Assembly: GCF_002113885.1 (NCBI RefSeq)
Contig: NW_018404538.1
Location: forward strand, 185,306 to 249,305
DNA from: Mizuhopecten yessoensis
Taxonomy: Eukaryota
Direction of reading: 5' to 3'
DNA length: 64,000 nucleotides
The position numbers and the translations under genes are program-made. Of the stretch, positions 16,291 to 30,500 are shown one piece after another (position 1 is the first letter of the stretch; each line of letters starts with the position of its first letter). Below the pieces are notes generated by a model. That model ran no database searches and was not told where the DNA came from. It saw only the letters and a program-made list of their open reading frames with translations.

Positions 16291-16772
16291 ATTATCATTT
16301 GTGTTATTTTTTACCTTTTTCGGGGTCAAAAATCAAAAGTGCTTCAGTTACAGTAAATATGTAAAAAGGAGATATCAATAATATATAATTTTCCAGTTTG
16401 TTGCATAATTTGTATCATATTGAACATTATAAAGTTGTACAGCAAAATTGAACCTGCTACAATTAAAAATGGCAACACAATGACAATTTAAGTGATCAAT
16501 CTTGTGTCAAAAAAAGTGAAATTTTGGCCTTTTTTGAGGCGCAAGAAATGCACATTAATACACCTTTTCAAAATGGCCACCGAATTGGTATTTTTTTAAA
16601 TTCTTGTAAAAAAAATTCTACAAACAACAGGCATCTAGTTTTTTGACATATTTTTCAGATGCGTGTTTGCTTATAAATTTGATCATAATTTGTTAAATAT
16701 TACAAAAACCCATTACACCAGATCAAAACGAGACTTGAACGTGACTGAAACCTCAGAGGAGTACATCCTTAA
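16290..16772. mobile_element. Possible Kolobok-type (TTAA) non-autonomous DNA transposon fragment
   Basis: Non-satellite block ending GTACATCC-TTAA, after which the 30-bp repeat briefly resumes. The left end is not identifiable. Confidence 0.35.
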
Positions 16773-17231
16773 TGTATAGCTTTGACATAATTACACTCCT
16801 AATGTTTAGCCCTAATGTAAGTGTTGCTTAACAGATACCTATTTGTTCAATGCAGTTTATCTTGGTCACGTTTATTAACAGGCGAGGGCCAGCATGGACA
16901 TCCACGTGACTTCAGATACGGGTATTTGATATGTCTAGTTACGTGTGTGGTAACGTGACCCCTATATTGACATTGACATAGTTCGAGTTTTAATTTATTT
17001 TGTTGACTATGCGTATTTGTTGATTATGCTTTGGAAGGGTTTCGGCCACGCTATAAAATAGCTTACCATCTGCATTTAAGACTCTTTCGCACATACGATG
17101 TTCGTCATGTACACACCACCCTATATATCTATAAATATTCATACCGATGTAAAATGTTGATTTGTGTGCCTTTTTATTTACTATATTTATAACTGTCACT
17201 GAACATGTAGGTGCATTATTATGCATGTGCA

Positions 17232-17300
17232 GTAAAGTGCCTTAGAGTAATTTTCAAATTATTTAGGGCGCTATACAATTGTTGTATCTATTATTCATTT
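17232..17300 (+). mobile_element. L2-like LINE/SINE 3' tail remnant
   Basis: GTAAAGTGCCTTAGAG...TAGGGCGCTATACAA followed by TTAT-rich tail resembles the L2-type 3' stem-loop. Confidence 0.35.
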
Positions 17301-17656
17301 TATTTTTTAATTGCATAATATGCCGAATGTGTATTTGGCATTCTGAGGTGTACCAAGGTTTAAGTATAAGTGGAAGAGCAAAGTTGGCCAAAGAAAAACT
17401 CCAGCACAATGTTCAGGGAAAGGTGGTGGGTGTTAGGGCAGAGGAAACGAGGAAAAATGGGTTCTTAATACCGACCTCTATATTGCTTTTCATCTGGTAC
17501 ATCATCGATGGTCGGGTTGGTCAGGCATACACGTGTCCAAGTCAGGGAAGGGGTGATAAGGTAATAGGGTCATGTTTATTTTGTTTTCATAATGACCCTA
17601 CATGGACATTTTTCACGATAAGAAATGTGTTTCGTAAGCACTTGTTTTTCTGGTAC

Positions 17657-17664
17657 TATATAAG
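17657..17664 (+). promoter_or_regulatory. Candidate TATA box of the SOUL gene
   Basis: TATATAAG lies ~65 nt upstream of a strong donor CAAG|GTAAGA at 17728/17729. Confidence 0.5.
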
Positions 17665-17684
17665 GCCACTACTGCTCAGAGATA

Positions 17685-17728
17685 CCACACAATACAGCGA
17701 CGCCTACTATACTACCTTCCACTACAAG
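17685..17728 (+). other. Probable non-coding first exon (5' UTR) of the SOUL gene; start approximate
   Basis: TATA upstream and AAG|GTAAGA donor. A matching acceptor TATTCCAG| sits 2 nt before the ATG at 19825. Confidence 0.5.
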
Positions 17729-19490
17729 GTAAGATTTTCCTACTTTTTTCTCCTCACATGGCATGGTAAGATTTTCTATACAAACCCTTCGTTACAAGGC
17801 AGATTTCATCCTATACCCTCCACTAAAAGGTAAGATTTTTCTACTTAAATCCTCAACCACAAGATTGTTCTACTTATACCCTCAAGTACAAAGTCAGATA
17901 GATCAGGTTTTTCTATTAACACCCCCCATTACAAGGTAAGGTTTTTCTATTAACACCCTCCATTACAAGGTAAGCTTTTTCTATTAACACCCTCCATTAC
18001 AAGGTAAGGTTTTTCGTCGTATACCCTCCAGTACAAAGTAAGACTTTTCTAGTGATATTCTCCTTCAAAAGGTACGTAAGATTGTTTTGCTTTTATCCTT
18101 CTGTACGAGGAACGATTTTCCCTTCTCATTGTACTTACTCCCTCTTATATAAGGTTAAACGTTTCTACTGATACCTTCCAGTAGCATGGTAAGATTCTTC
18201 AATTGATTTTAGTACACGACCTTATTCGTTTGGTTTTTTCTGCTTATACCCTTTAGTAAAAGGAACGATTTTATTACTTATTCCGTTCTAACACATAACA
18301 AGATTCATTTTCTTATACCATCAAGTACATGGTAAGCTTTTTCTACTGATACTTTCCAATACAAGGTAAGCTTTTTCTACTGACATTCTCTAGTACATGG
18401 TAAGCTTTTTCTACTGATACTCTCAAGTACAAGGTAAGCTTTTTCTACTGATACTCTCCAGTACAAAGTAAGCTTTTTCTACTGATACTCTCCAGTACAA
18501 GGTAAGCTTTTTCTACTGATACTCCCAAGTACAATGTAAGCTTTTTCTACTGATATTCTCCAGTACAAGGTAAGCTTTTTCTACTGATACTCTCCAGTAC
18601 AAGGTAAGCTTTTTCTACTGATACTCCCCAGTACAATGTAAGCTTTTTCTACTGATATTCTCCAGTACAAGGTAAGCTTTTTCTACTGATACTCTCCAGT
18701 ACAAGGTAAGCTTTTTCTACTGATACTCTCCAGTACAAGGTAAGGTTTTTCTACTAATACTCTCCAGTACAAGGTAAGCTTTTTCTACTACTACTCACCA
18801 GTAAAAGGTAAGCTTTTTCTACTGATACTCTCCAGTACAAGGTAAGCTTTTTCTACTGATACTCTCCAGTACAAGGTAAGCTTTTTCTACTGATACTCTC
18901 CAGTACAAGGTAAGCTTTTTCTACTGATACTCTCCAGTACAAGGTAAGCTTTTTCTACTGATACTCTCCAGTACAAGGTAAGCTTTTTCTACTGATACTC
19001 TCCAGTACAAGGTAAGCTTTTTCTACTGATACTCTCCAGTACAAGGTAAGCTTTTTCTACTGATACTCTCCAGTACAAGGTAAGCTTTTTCTACTGATAC
19101 TCTCCAGTACAAGGTAAGCTTTTTCTACTGATACTCTCCAGTACAAGGTAAGCTTTTTCTACTGATATTCTCCTGTACAAGGTAAGCTTTTTCTACTATT
19201 ACTCTCCAGTACAAGGTAAGCTTTTTCTACTGATACTCTCCAGTACAAGGTAAGCTTTTTCTACTTATACTCTCCAGTACAAGGTAAGCTTTTTCTACTG
19301 ATATTCTCCTGTACAAGGTAATCTTTTTCTACTGATACTCTCCAGTACAAGGTAAGCTTTTTCTACTATTACTCTCCAGTACAAGGTAAGCTTTTTCTAC
19401 TGATACTCTCCAGTACAAGGTAAGCTTTTTCTACTGATACTCTCCAATACAAGGTATTTTTTTTCTACTTAAACCCTCTAGTACAAGGTT
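17715..19490 (+). repeat. 34-bp minisatellite (TACAAGGTAAGCTTTTTCTACTGATACTCTCCAG); degenerate to ~18325, homogeneous after
   Basis: 34-nt period, e.g. GGTAAG at 18841 and 18875. Confidence 0.95.
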
Positions 19491-19824
19491 TGGTTATTCA
19501 CATTTTACATTGACATTCACATTTACATAACCTGTGTTTAAATATATCAGTAGGTTATAGAATACACTCTTCTCCTTTCCATGTACATAAAAAAAGAACA
19601 AGATTATAAAAGGTAATCTAAACAGTGATGTTAAATTCCGATAAGTCGTTGTTTAGGGCTCAACTATATGCGCTATTCGTTTAAAAATTTGTAAAGGGTC
19701 ACATAGTGAGAATGTTTGAGAAACTCAATGAAAAGTACGGAGCTTTATGTCCGTCGGACAGAATAGATGTATAGCGTCACAAAAATAAATAGACTAATAA
19801 CGTTTTGATTTAAATATTCCAGCC

Positions 19825-19974
19825 ATGCGGTGCCTTGTCTATCTTACCTACTGCGTGGCCGTATCCTGCGCACTGGCCGTGGTGCAGCCCCTACCCAATG
19901 TCCAACAAGCAGCACCGCCAGCTTTCTGCCATGACCAGGAATGTCCGAAGTATTCAGTGACACAGTCATTTACG
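19825..19974 (+). CDS. SOUL family heme-binding protein (HEBP2-like), secreted; coding exon 1
   Basis: GCCATG start, signal peptide MRCLVYLTYCVAVSCALA, then PPAFCHDQECPKYSV. Phase-0 donor ACG|GTAAAC. Confidence 0.9.
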
Positions 19975-22900
19975 GTAAACTCGATGTTTTCGTTTTTTCT
20001 TTCTTTAGTGGCAGCGATGAAGGTTCCTAATTTGGGCACTGTTGACAGAGCTGTCTTAATTCAAAATGAATGAAAAAAGATAGCCTATCCAATAGTACAT
20101 CAAAAAAAGTACATGTATGTATAACTTGTCGACGAGGATAAGTTAAAAATGTTTCTCGCATAGATGAGGGTTCCAAGGGGATGTATCTCACTCACAAAGA
20201 TGAGTTTACCAAGGGGATGTTTCTCACTAACATATATAAGAGTAACAAGGGGATGTTTCTCGAATAGATGAGGGTAACAAGGGGATGTATCTCACATAGA
20301 TGAGGGTAACAAGGGAATGAATCTCACAAAGATCAAAGTAACAAGGGAATGTATCTCACATACATGAGGAGAACAAGAGAATATATCTCACATAGATGAG
20401 GGTAAACAGGGAATGTATCATACAAAGATGAGGGTAACAAGGTAACGTATATCACATAGATGAGGGTAACGAGGGTATGCATCTCACATAGATGAGGGTA
20501 AAAAGGAAATGCATCTCACAAAGATGAGGATAAAAGAGAATATATCTCACAAAGATGAATGTAATAAGGGAATGTGTCACACATAGATGAAGGTAACAAG
20601 GAAATGTATCTCACAAAGATAAAGGTCACATGGTAATATATCTCCTATAAATGAGAGTAACAAAGGAACGTATACGGGTAACAACGGAATATATCTCACA
20701 TAGATGAGGGTAACAATGGAATATATCTCATAAAGATTAGGGTAACAATGGAATTGTATCTCACATAGATGAGGGTAACAAGGGGATGTATCTCACATAG
20801 ATAAGGGTAACAAGGGGATGTATCCCACAAAAATGAGGATAAAAAGGGAATGTATCTCACTTAGATGAGGGAAACAAGGTAATGTATCTCACAAAAATGA
20901 GGATAAAAAGGGAATGTATCTCACTTAGATGAGGGAAACAACGGAATGTATCTCACAAAGATGAGGATAGAGAGGGGATGTATCTCACAAAGAGGAAGGT
21001 AACAAGGGGATGTATCTCATATAGATGAGGGTAACAAGGGGATGCATCTCACATAGATGAGGGTAACAAGGGGATGTATCTCACATAGATGAGGATGAAA
21101 GTGAATGTATCTTACAAAGATGAGGATAAAAGGGGATGTATCTCACAAAGATGAGGGTAACAAGGTCATGTATCTTACCAAAATGAGGATAAAAAGGGAA
21201 TGTATCTCCGATAGTTGAGTGAAACAAAGGAATGTATCTCACAAAGATGAGGATAAAACGGAATGTATCTCACAAAAATTAGGATAAAAAGGGAATGCAT
21301 CTCAACTAGATGAGGATAAAAATGGAATGTATCTCACAAAGAAGAGGATAAAAGGGAATGTATCCAACAAAGATGAGGATAGAGAGGGGATGTATCTCAC
21401 AAAGGTGAGGGTAACAAGGGAATGCATCTGACATCATTGAAGGTAACAATTGAATGTATGTCGTAAGATGAGGGTAACAAGGTAATGTATCTACTATAGA
21501 TGAGGGTAACAAGGGGATGTATCTCACATAGATAGGGGTAACAAGGTAATGTATCTACTATAGATGAGGGTAACAATTGAGTGTATCTCACAAAGATGAG
21601 GGTAACAAGGGAATGTGTCTCACTAAGATGAGGGTAACAAGGTTTATGTATCTCACAAAAATGAGGATAAAAAGGAATGTATCTCACAAAGATGAGGATA
21701 GAGAGGGGATGTATCTCACAAAGATGGAGTAACAAGAGAATGCATCTGACATCATTGAAGGTAGCAATTGAATGCATGTCACAAGATGAGGGTAACAAGG
21801 TAATGTATCTACTGTAGATGAGGGTAACAATTGAGTGTATCTCACAAAGATGAAGGTAACAAAGAATGTATCTCACAAAGATTAGGATAAAAAGGGAATG
21901 TATCTCATCTAGATGAAGATAAAAAGGGAATGTATCTCACAAAGAAGAGGATAAAAGGGAATGTATCCCACAAAAATGAGGATAGAAAGGGGATGTATCT
22001 CACAAAGGTAAGGGTAACAAGGGAATGTATCTGACATCATTGAAGGTAAAAATTGAATGTATGTCACAAGATGAGGGTAACAAGGTAATGTATCTACTGT
22101 AGATGAGGGTAAAAATTGAGTGTATCTCACATAGTTGAGGGTAACAAGGCAATGTGTCTCACAAAGATGGGGATAAAAAGGGAATGTATCTCACAAAGAT
22201 GAGGGTAACAAGGGAATGTGTCTCACTAAGATGAGGGTAACAGGTAATGTATCTCACAAAAATGAGGGTAAATTTAACAAGGGGATGTATCTCACATAGA
22301 TAAAGGTAACAAGGGAATGTATCTCATATATATGAGTGTAACAAAGGAAAGTATCTCACATAGATGAGTTTAGCAAGGAGATGTTTGTCACATAGATGAG
22401 GATAAAAAGGAAATTATTTGACAAAAGTGAGGGAAACAAGGGATCAATGTATCTCGCATAGATGAAGATAACAAGGAATGTATCTCACAAAGATGTGGAT
22501 AACAAGGAAATGTATATCACAAAGATGAGGGTAACAAGGGAATGTATCTCACAAAGATGAGAGTAACAATGGAATGTATCTCAGATATATGAGGGTAATA
22601 CAAGAATGCATATCTCATAGCTGAGGGTAACAAGGGGATGTATCTCACATAGATGAGGTAACAAGGGAATGTATGTCACAAAGATGAGTATAACAAGGGA
22701 ATGTATCTCACATAGATGAGGGTAACAAGGGGATGTATCTCACAAAAATGAGGATAAAAAGGGAATGTATCTCACACAAATGAGGGAAACAACGGAATGT
22801 ATCTCACTTAGATGAGGGAAACAATCGAATGTATCTCACAAAGATGAGGGTAAGACGGGAATGTATCTCACATAGTTCAGGGTAACAATTAAATGTATCT

Positions 22901-24428
22901 CACAAAGATGAGGGTAAAAGGGGAATGCATCTGACATAGAAGAGGGTAACAAGAGCATGTATCTTACATAAATGAGATTAACAAGGGAATGTATCTGACA
23001 TAGATGAGATTAACAAATGGAATGTAATTGACGAAGATGGGGGTAACAAGGGAATGTATCTCCATTACGTGAGGGAAACAAGGGATCAGTGTATCTCACT
23101 TAGATGAGGATAGTAAGAGAATGTATTTCACAAAGATGAAGATAACAAGGGAATGTATCTCACAAAGATGACGATAACAAGGGAATGCATCGCAGATAGA
23201 TGAGGGTAATAAGGGAATGTCTCTCTCATAGATAAGGGTAAAAAGAGAATGTATCTCACAAAGATGAGATCATTGAAGGTAGCAATTGAATGCATGTCAC
23301 AAGATGAGGGTAACAAGGTAATGTATCTCACAAAGATGAAGATAGAGAGGGGATGTATCTCACAAAGATGGAGTAACAAGAGAATGCATCTGACATCATT
23401 GAAGGTAGCAATTGAATGCATGTCACAAGATGAGGGTAACAAGGTAATGTATCTCACAAAAATGAGGGTAAGAAGGGAATGCATCTGACATACATCTAGA
23501 TGGAAGTAACCAGGGAATGTATCTCACAAATATGAGATTAACAAGGGAATGTATATGACAAGAATGAGGGCAATAAGGGAATGTATCTCACAAATACAAG
23601 GGTAACAAAGGAAAGTATCTCACATAGAGCACGAATTTATCAATGTATTCAGCTAAACAAATCGTCCGTTTTCTTGAATCTAAAATTCTCAATGTTATTT
23701 ATATTTGGTATGTATCTCACAAAGATGAGATTTACAAGGGAATTTATCTCAATTAGTTCAGTGTAACAATTAAATGTATCTCACACATATGAGGGTAACA
23801 AGGGAATGCATCTGACGTAGAAGAGGGTAACAAGGGAATGTATCTTTTATAAATGAGATTTACAAGGGAAAGTATCTGACATAGATGATATTAACAAGGG
23901 AATGTAATTGACGAAGATGGGGGTAACAAAGGAATGTATCTCATAAAGATAAGGGTAACAAGGGAATGTATCTCACAAAGATGAGGTTAACAAGGGAATG
24001 TATCTTACATAAATGACACTAATAAGGGAATGTATCTCACATAGATGAGGTTAGCAAAGATATGTATCTCACATAGATGAGGATAAAAAGGGAATTATCT
24101 GACAAAGGTGAGGGAAACAATGTTATGTAGATATATCTCACAAAGATGAAGACAACAAGGAATACTTCTCACAAAGATGAGGATAACAAGGAAATGTATA
24201 TCACAAAGATGTTGATACATGTAACAAGGGAATGTATTTCAGATAGATGAGGGTAATGATGGAATGTATCTATCATAGATGAGGGTAAAAAGAGAATGTA
24301 TCTCACAAAGATGATGGTTAAAAGGGAATGTTTCTCCATTACGTGAGGGAAACAAGGGATCAATGTATCTCACAAAGGTGAGGATAACAAGGGAATGTAT
24401 CTCAGATAGATGAGAGTAATAAGGGAAT

Positions 24429-24700
24429 TTATCACATACCTGTTGAATCTTGTTTTAGTAATACAAGCAATTTTCATACCATGAAATACAACGTTCTGTA
24501 TTGCACATGTGCAATACGGAATGTTGTATTTACCTACTAGCCGGAACTACATTTTATGAGAATCCCCTTGTCATGGCGAACTGAAAAGTTCCCGGTATTT
24601 GCAAAAAATATCAAAGTTTAGAAAATCTTTGTATCGATCTCTACCAAATACGGAAGGTATGTGATTAAAGAAAGACCACACACTTGTGTGTGGTCTTGCA
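24429..24700 (+). mobile_element. Non-autonomous Helentron/HINE-like element, copy 1
   Basis: Sub-terminal IRs ATCACATACCT (24431-41) / AGGTATGTGAT (24655-65) followed by a 12-bp-arm palindrome (24672-97), plus an internal hairpin. Confidence 0.6.
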
Positions 24701-27307
24701 TATGTATCTCTCATAGATGAGGGTTAAAAGAGAATGTATCTTACAAAGATGAGGGTAAAAAGGGAATGTATCTGCATTACGTGAGGGAAACAAGGGATCA
24801 ATGTATCTCACTTAGATGAGGATAAAAAGAGAATGTATCTCACATAAATGAGGATAGTAAGGGAATGTATCTCACATCGATGAGGGTAACAGGAGAATGT
24901 ATCTCACAAAGATAAGGGGAACAATGTTATGTATCTCCTATAGGTGAGGGTAGTAAGAGAATGTATCTCACAAAGATGAGTGTAACAAGGGAATGCATCT
25001 CACATAGATGAGGGTAACAAGGGGATGTATCTCACAAAAATGAGGATAAAAAGGGAATGTATCTCACTTATATGAGGGAAACAACGGAATGTATCTCACT
25101 TAGATGAGGATAAAAGGGAATGTATCTCACAAAGATGAGGGTAAGAGGGGATTGTATCTCACAAAGATAAGGGGAACAATGTTATGTATCTCCTATAGGT
25201 GAGGGAAGTAAGTGAATGTATCTCACAAAGATGAGTGTAACAAGGGAATGCATCTGACATGTAGATGAGAGTAACCAGGGAATGTATCTTACAAAGATGA
25301 GGTAACAAGGGAATGTATCCGACATAGATATGATTAACAAGGGAATGTATCTGACATAGATGAGATTAACAAAGGAATGTATCTGGCAAGAATGAGGGTA
25401 ACAAAGGAAAGTATCTCACATAGACGAGGATAACAAGTGAATTGTATCTCACATAGATAAGGAAAAAAGGGAAGTTATCTAACATATATGAGGGAAAGAA
25501 GGTAAAGGTATCTCACATCGATGAAGATAAAAAGGGAATGTATCTCACATAGATGAGGGTAACAAGGGGATGTATCCCCACAAAAATGAGGATAAAAAGG
25601 GAATGTATCTCACACAAATGAGGGAAACAACGGAATGTATCTCACTTAGATGAGGAAAACAATCGAATGTATCTCACAAAGATGAGGGTAAGACGGGAAT
25701 GTATCTCACATAGTTCAGGGTAACAATTAAATGTATCTCACAAAGATGAGGGTAAAAGGGGAATGCATCTGACATAGAAGAGGGTAACAAGGGCATGTAT
25801 CTTACATAAATGAGATTAACAAGGGAATGTATCTGACATAGATGAGTTTAACGAATGGAATGTAATTGACGAAGATGGGGGTAACAAGGGAATGTATCTC
25901 CATTACGTGAGGAAAACAAGGAATCCGTGTATCTCACTTAGATGAGGATAGTAAGAGAATGTATCTCACAAAAATGAGGATAACAAGGGAATGTATCTCA
26001 CAAAGATGACGATAACAAGGGAATGTATCTCAGATAGATGAGGGTAATAAGGGAATGTATCTCTCATAGATAAGGGAAAAAAGAGAATGTATCTCACAAA
26101 GATGAGGGTAAAAATGGAATGTATCTCCATTACGTGAGGGAAACAAGGGATCAATGTTTCTCACTTAGATGAGGATAAAAAGGGAATGTATCTCACATAA
26201 ATGAGGATAATAAGGGAATGTATCTCACTTAGATTAGGATAAAAAGGGAATGTATCTCACATCGATGAGGGTAACAACGGAGGGGAACAATGTTATGTAT
26301 CTCCTATAGATGAGGGTAACAAGGGAATGCATCTGACATACATCTAGATGGAAGTAACCAGGGAATGTATCTCACAAAGATGAGGTAACAAGGGAACGTA
26401 TCTGACATAGATATGATTAACAAGGGAATGTATATGACAAGAATGAGGGCAATAAGGGAATGTATCTCACAAATACAAGGGTAACAAAGGAAAGTATCTC
26501 ACATAGAGCACGAATTTATCAATGTATTCAGCTAAACAAATCGTCCGTTTTCTTGAATCTAAAATTCTCAATGTTATTTATATTTGGTATGTATCTCACA
26601 AAGATGAGATTTACAAGGGAATTTATCTCAATTAGTTCAGTGTAACAATTAAATGTATCTCACACATATGAGGGTAACAAGGGAATGCATCTGACGTAGA
26701 AGAGGGTAACAAGGGAATGTATCTTTTATAAATGAGATTTACAAGGGAAAGTATCTGACATAGATGATATTAACAAGGGAATGTAATTGACGAAGATGGG
26801 GGTAACAAAGGAATGTATCTCATAAAGATAAGGGTAACAAGGGAATGTATCTCACAAAGATGAGGTTAACAAGGGAATGTATCTTACATAAATGACACTA
26901 ATAAGGGAATGTATCTCACATAGATGAGGTTAGCAAAGATATGTATCTCACATAGATGAGGATAAAAAGGGAATTATCTGACAAAGGTGAGGGAAACAAT
27001 GTTATGTAGATATATCTCACAAAGATGAAGACAACAAGGAATACTTCTCACAAAGATGAGGATAACAAGGAAATGTATATCACAAAGATGTTGATACATG
27101 TAACAAGGGAATGTATTTCAGATAGATGAGGGTAATGATGGAATGTATCTATCATAGATGAGGGTAAAAAGAGAATGTATCTCACAAAGATGATGGTTAA
27201 AAGGGAATGTTTCTCCATTACGTGAGGGAAACAAGGGATCAATGTATCTCACAAAGGTGAGGATAACAAGGGAATGTATCTCAGATAGATGAGAGTAATA
27301 AGGGAAT

Positions 27308-27579
27308 TTATCACATACCTGTTGAATCTTGTTTTAGTAATACAAGCAATTTTCAGACCATGAAATACAACGTTCTGTATTGCACATGTGCAATACGGAA
27401 TGTTGTATTTACCTACTAGCCGGAACTACATTTTATGAGAATCCCCTTGTCATGGCGAACTGAAAAGTTCCCGGTATTTGCAAAAAATATCAAAGTTTAG
27501 AAAATCTTTGTATCGATCTCTACCAAATACGGAAGGTATGTGATTAAAGAAAGACCACACACTTGTGTGTGGTCTTGCA
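27308..27579 (+). mobile_element. Non-autonomous Helentron/HINE-like element, copy 2 (part of the 2879-bp duplication)
   Basis: Near-identical to 24429-24700 with the same satellite flanks. Confidence 0.6.
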
Positions 27580-30500
27580 TATGTATCTCTCATAGATGAG
27601 GGTTAAAAGAGAATGTATCTTACAAAGATGAGGGTAAAAAGGGAATGTATCTGCATTACGTGAGGGAAACAAGGGATCAATGTATCTCACTTAGATGAGG
27701 ATAAAAAGAGAATGTATCTCACATAAATGAGGATAGTAAGGGAATGTATCTCACATCGATGAGGGTAACAGGGGAATGTATCTCACAAAGATAAGGGGAA
27801 CAATGTTATGTATCTCCTATAGGTGAGGGTAGTAAGAGAATGTATCTCACAAAGATGAGTGTAACAAGGGAATGCATCTCACATAGATGAGGGTAACAAG
27901 GGGATGTATCTCACAAAAATGAGGATAAAAAGGGAATGTATCTCACTTATATGAGGGAAACAACGGAATGTATCTCACTTAGATGAGGATAAAAGGGAAT
28001 GTATCTCACAAAGATGAGGGTAACAGGGGAATGTATCTCACAAAGATAAGGGGAACAATGTTATGTATCTCCTATAGGTGAGGGTAGTAAGAGAATGTAT
28101 CTCACAAAGATGAGTGTAACAAGGGAATGCATCTCACATAGATGAGGGTAACAAGGGGATGTATCTCACAAAAATGAGGATAAAAAGGGAATGTATCTCA
28201 CTTATATGAGGGAAACAACGGAATGTATCTCACTTAGATGAGGATAAAAGGGAATGTATCTCACAAAGATGAGGGTAAGAGGGGATTGTATCTCACAAAG
28301 ATAAGGGGAACAATGTTATGTATCTCCTATAGGTGAGGGAAGTAAGTGAATGTATCTCACAAAGATGAGTGTAACAAGGGAATGCATCTGACATGTAGAT
28401 GAGAGTAACCAGGGAATGTATCTCACAAAGATGAGGTAACAAGGGAATGTATCTGACATAGATATAATTAACAAGGGAATGTATCTGACATAGATGAGGT
28501 TAACAAAGTAATGTATCTCACATAGACGAGGATGACAAGTGAATTGTATCTCACAAAGTTGAGGGTAACAAGGGAATGTGTCTCACAAAGATGGGGATAA
28601 AAAGGGAATGTATCTCACAAAGATGAGGGTAACAAGGGAATGTGTCTCACTAAGATGAGGGTAACAAGGTAATGTATCTCACAAAAATTAGGGGAACAAC
28701 GGAATGCATCTGACATAGATGATTTAACTAGGGGATGTATCTCACATAGATAAGGGTAACAAGGGAATGTATCTCACAAAGATGAGGGTAACAAGGGAAT
28801 GTGTCTCACAAAGATGGGAATAAAAAGGGAATGTATCTCACAAAGATGAGGGTAACAAGGGAATGTGTCTCACTAAGATGAGGGTAACAAGGTAATGTAT
28901 CTCACAAAAATTAGGGGAACAACGGAATGCATCTGACATAGATGATTTAACTAGGGGATGTATCTCACATAGATAAGGGTAACAAGGGAATGTATCTCAC
29001 AAAGATGAGGGTAACAAGGGAATGTGTCTCACAAAGATGGGAATAAAAAGGGAATGTATCTCACAAAGATGAGGGTAACAAGGGAATGTGTCTCACTAAG
29101 ATGAGGGTAACAAGGTAATGTATCTCACAAAAATTAGGGTAACAACGGAATGCATCTGACATAGATGATTTAACTAGGGGATGTATCTCACATAGATAAG
29201 GGTAACAAAGGAAAGTATCTCACATAGATGAGTTTAGCAAGGAGATGTATGTCACATAGATGAGGATAAAAGGGAAATTATTTGACAAATGTGAGGGAAA
29301 CAAGGGATCAATGTATCTCGCATATATGAGGATAACAAGGAATGTATCTCACAAAGATGTGGATAACAATGTTATGTATCTCCAATATGTGAGGGTAGGA
29401 AGAGAATGTATCTCACAAAGATGAGTGTAACAAGGGAATGCATCTGACATGTAGATGAGAGTAACCAGGGAATGTATCTCACAAAGATGAGGTAACAAGG
29501 GAATGTATCTGACATAGATATGATTAACAAGGGAATGTATCTGACATAGATGATATTAACAAGGGAATGTATCTCACAAAGATGAGGGTAACAAAGGAAA
29601 GTATCTCACATAGACGAGGATAACAAGTGAATTGTATCTCACATAGATAAGGAAAAAAGGGAAATTATCTAACATATATGAGGGAAAGAAGGTTAAGGTA
29701 TCTAACATCGATGAAGGGAAGTAAGGGAATGTCTCTCACAAAGATGAGTGTAACAAGGGGATGTATCCCACAAAAATGAGGATAAAAAGGGAATGTATCT
29801 CACTTATATGAGGGAAACAACGAATGTATCTCACTTAGATGAGGATAAAAGGGAATGTTTCTCACAAAGATGAGGGTAAGACGGGATTGTATCTCACAAA
29901 GATAAGGGGAACAATGTTATGTATCTCCTATAGGTGAGGGAAGTAAGTGAATGTCTCTCACAAAGATGAGTGTAACAAGGGAATGCATCTGACATGTAGA
30001 TGAGAGTAACCAGGGAATGTATCTTACAAAGATGAGGTAACAAGGGAATGTATCCGACATAGATATGATTAACAAGGGAATGTATCTGACATAGATGAGA
30101 TTAACAAAGGAATGTATCTGGCAAGAATGAGGGTAACAAAGGAAAGTATCTCACATAGACGAGGATAACAAGTGAATTGTATCTCACATAGATAAGGAAA
30201 AAAGGGAAGTTATCTAACATATATGAGGGAAAGAAGGTAAAGGTATCTCACATCGATGAAGATAAAAAGGGAATGTATCTCACATAGATGAGGGTAACAA
30301 GGGGATGTATCCCCACAAAAATGAGGATAAAAAGGGAATGTATCTCACACAAATGAGGGAAACAACGGAATGTATCTCACTTAGATGAGGAAAACAATCG
30401 AATGTATCTCACGAAGATGAGGGTAAGACGGGAATGTATCTCACATAGTTCAGGGTAACAATTAAATGTATTTCACAAAGATGAGGGTAAAAGGGGAATG

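Noticed and set aside
17279-17833. 184-aa ORF
   Set aside because: Non-ATG start, no recognisable motif, and it runs through the TATA/UTR exon into the repeat.
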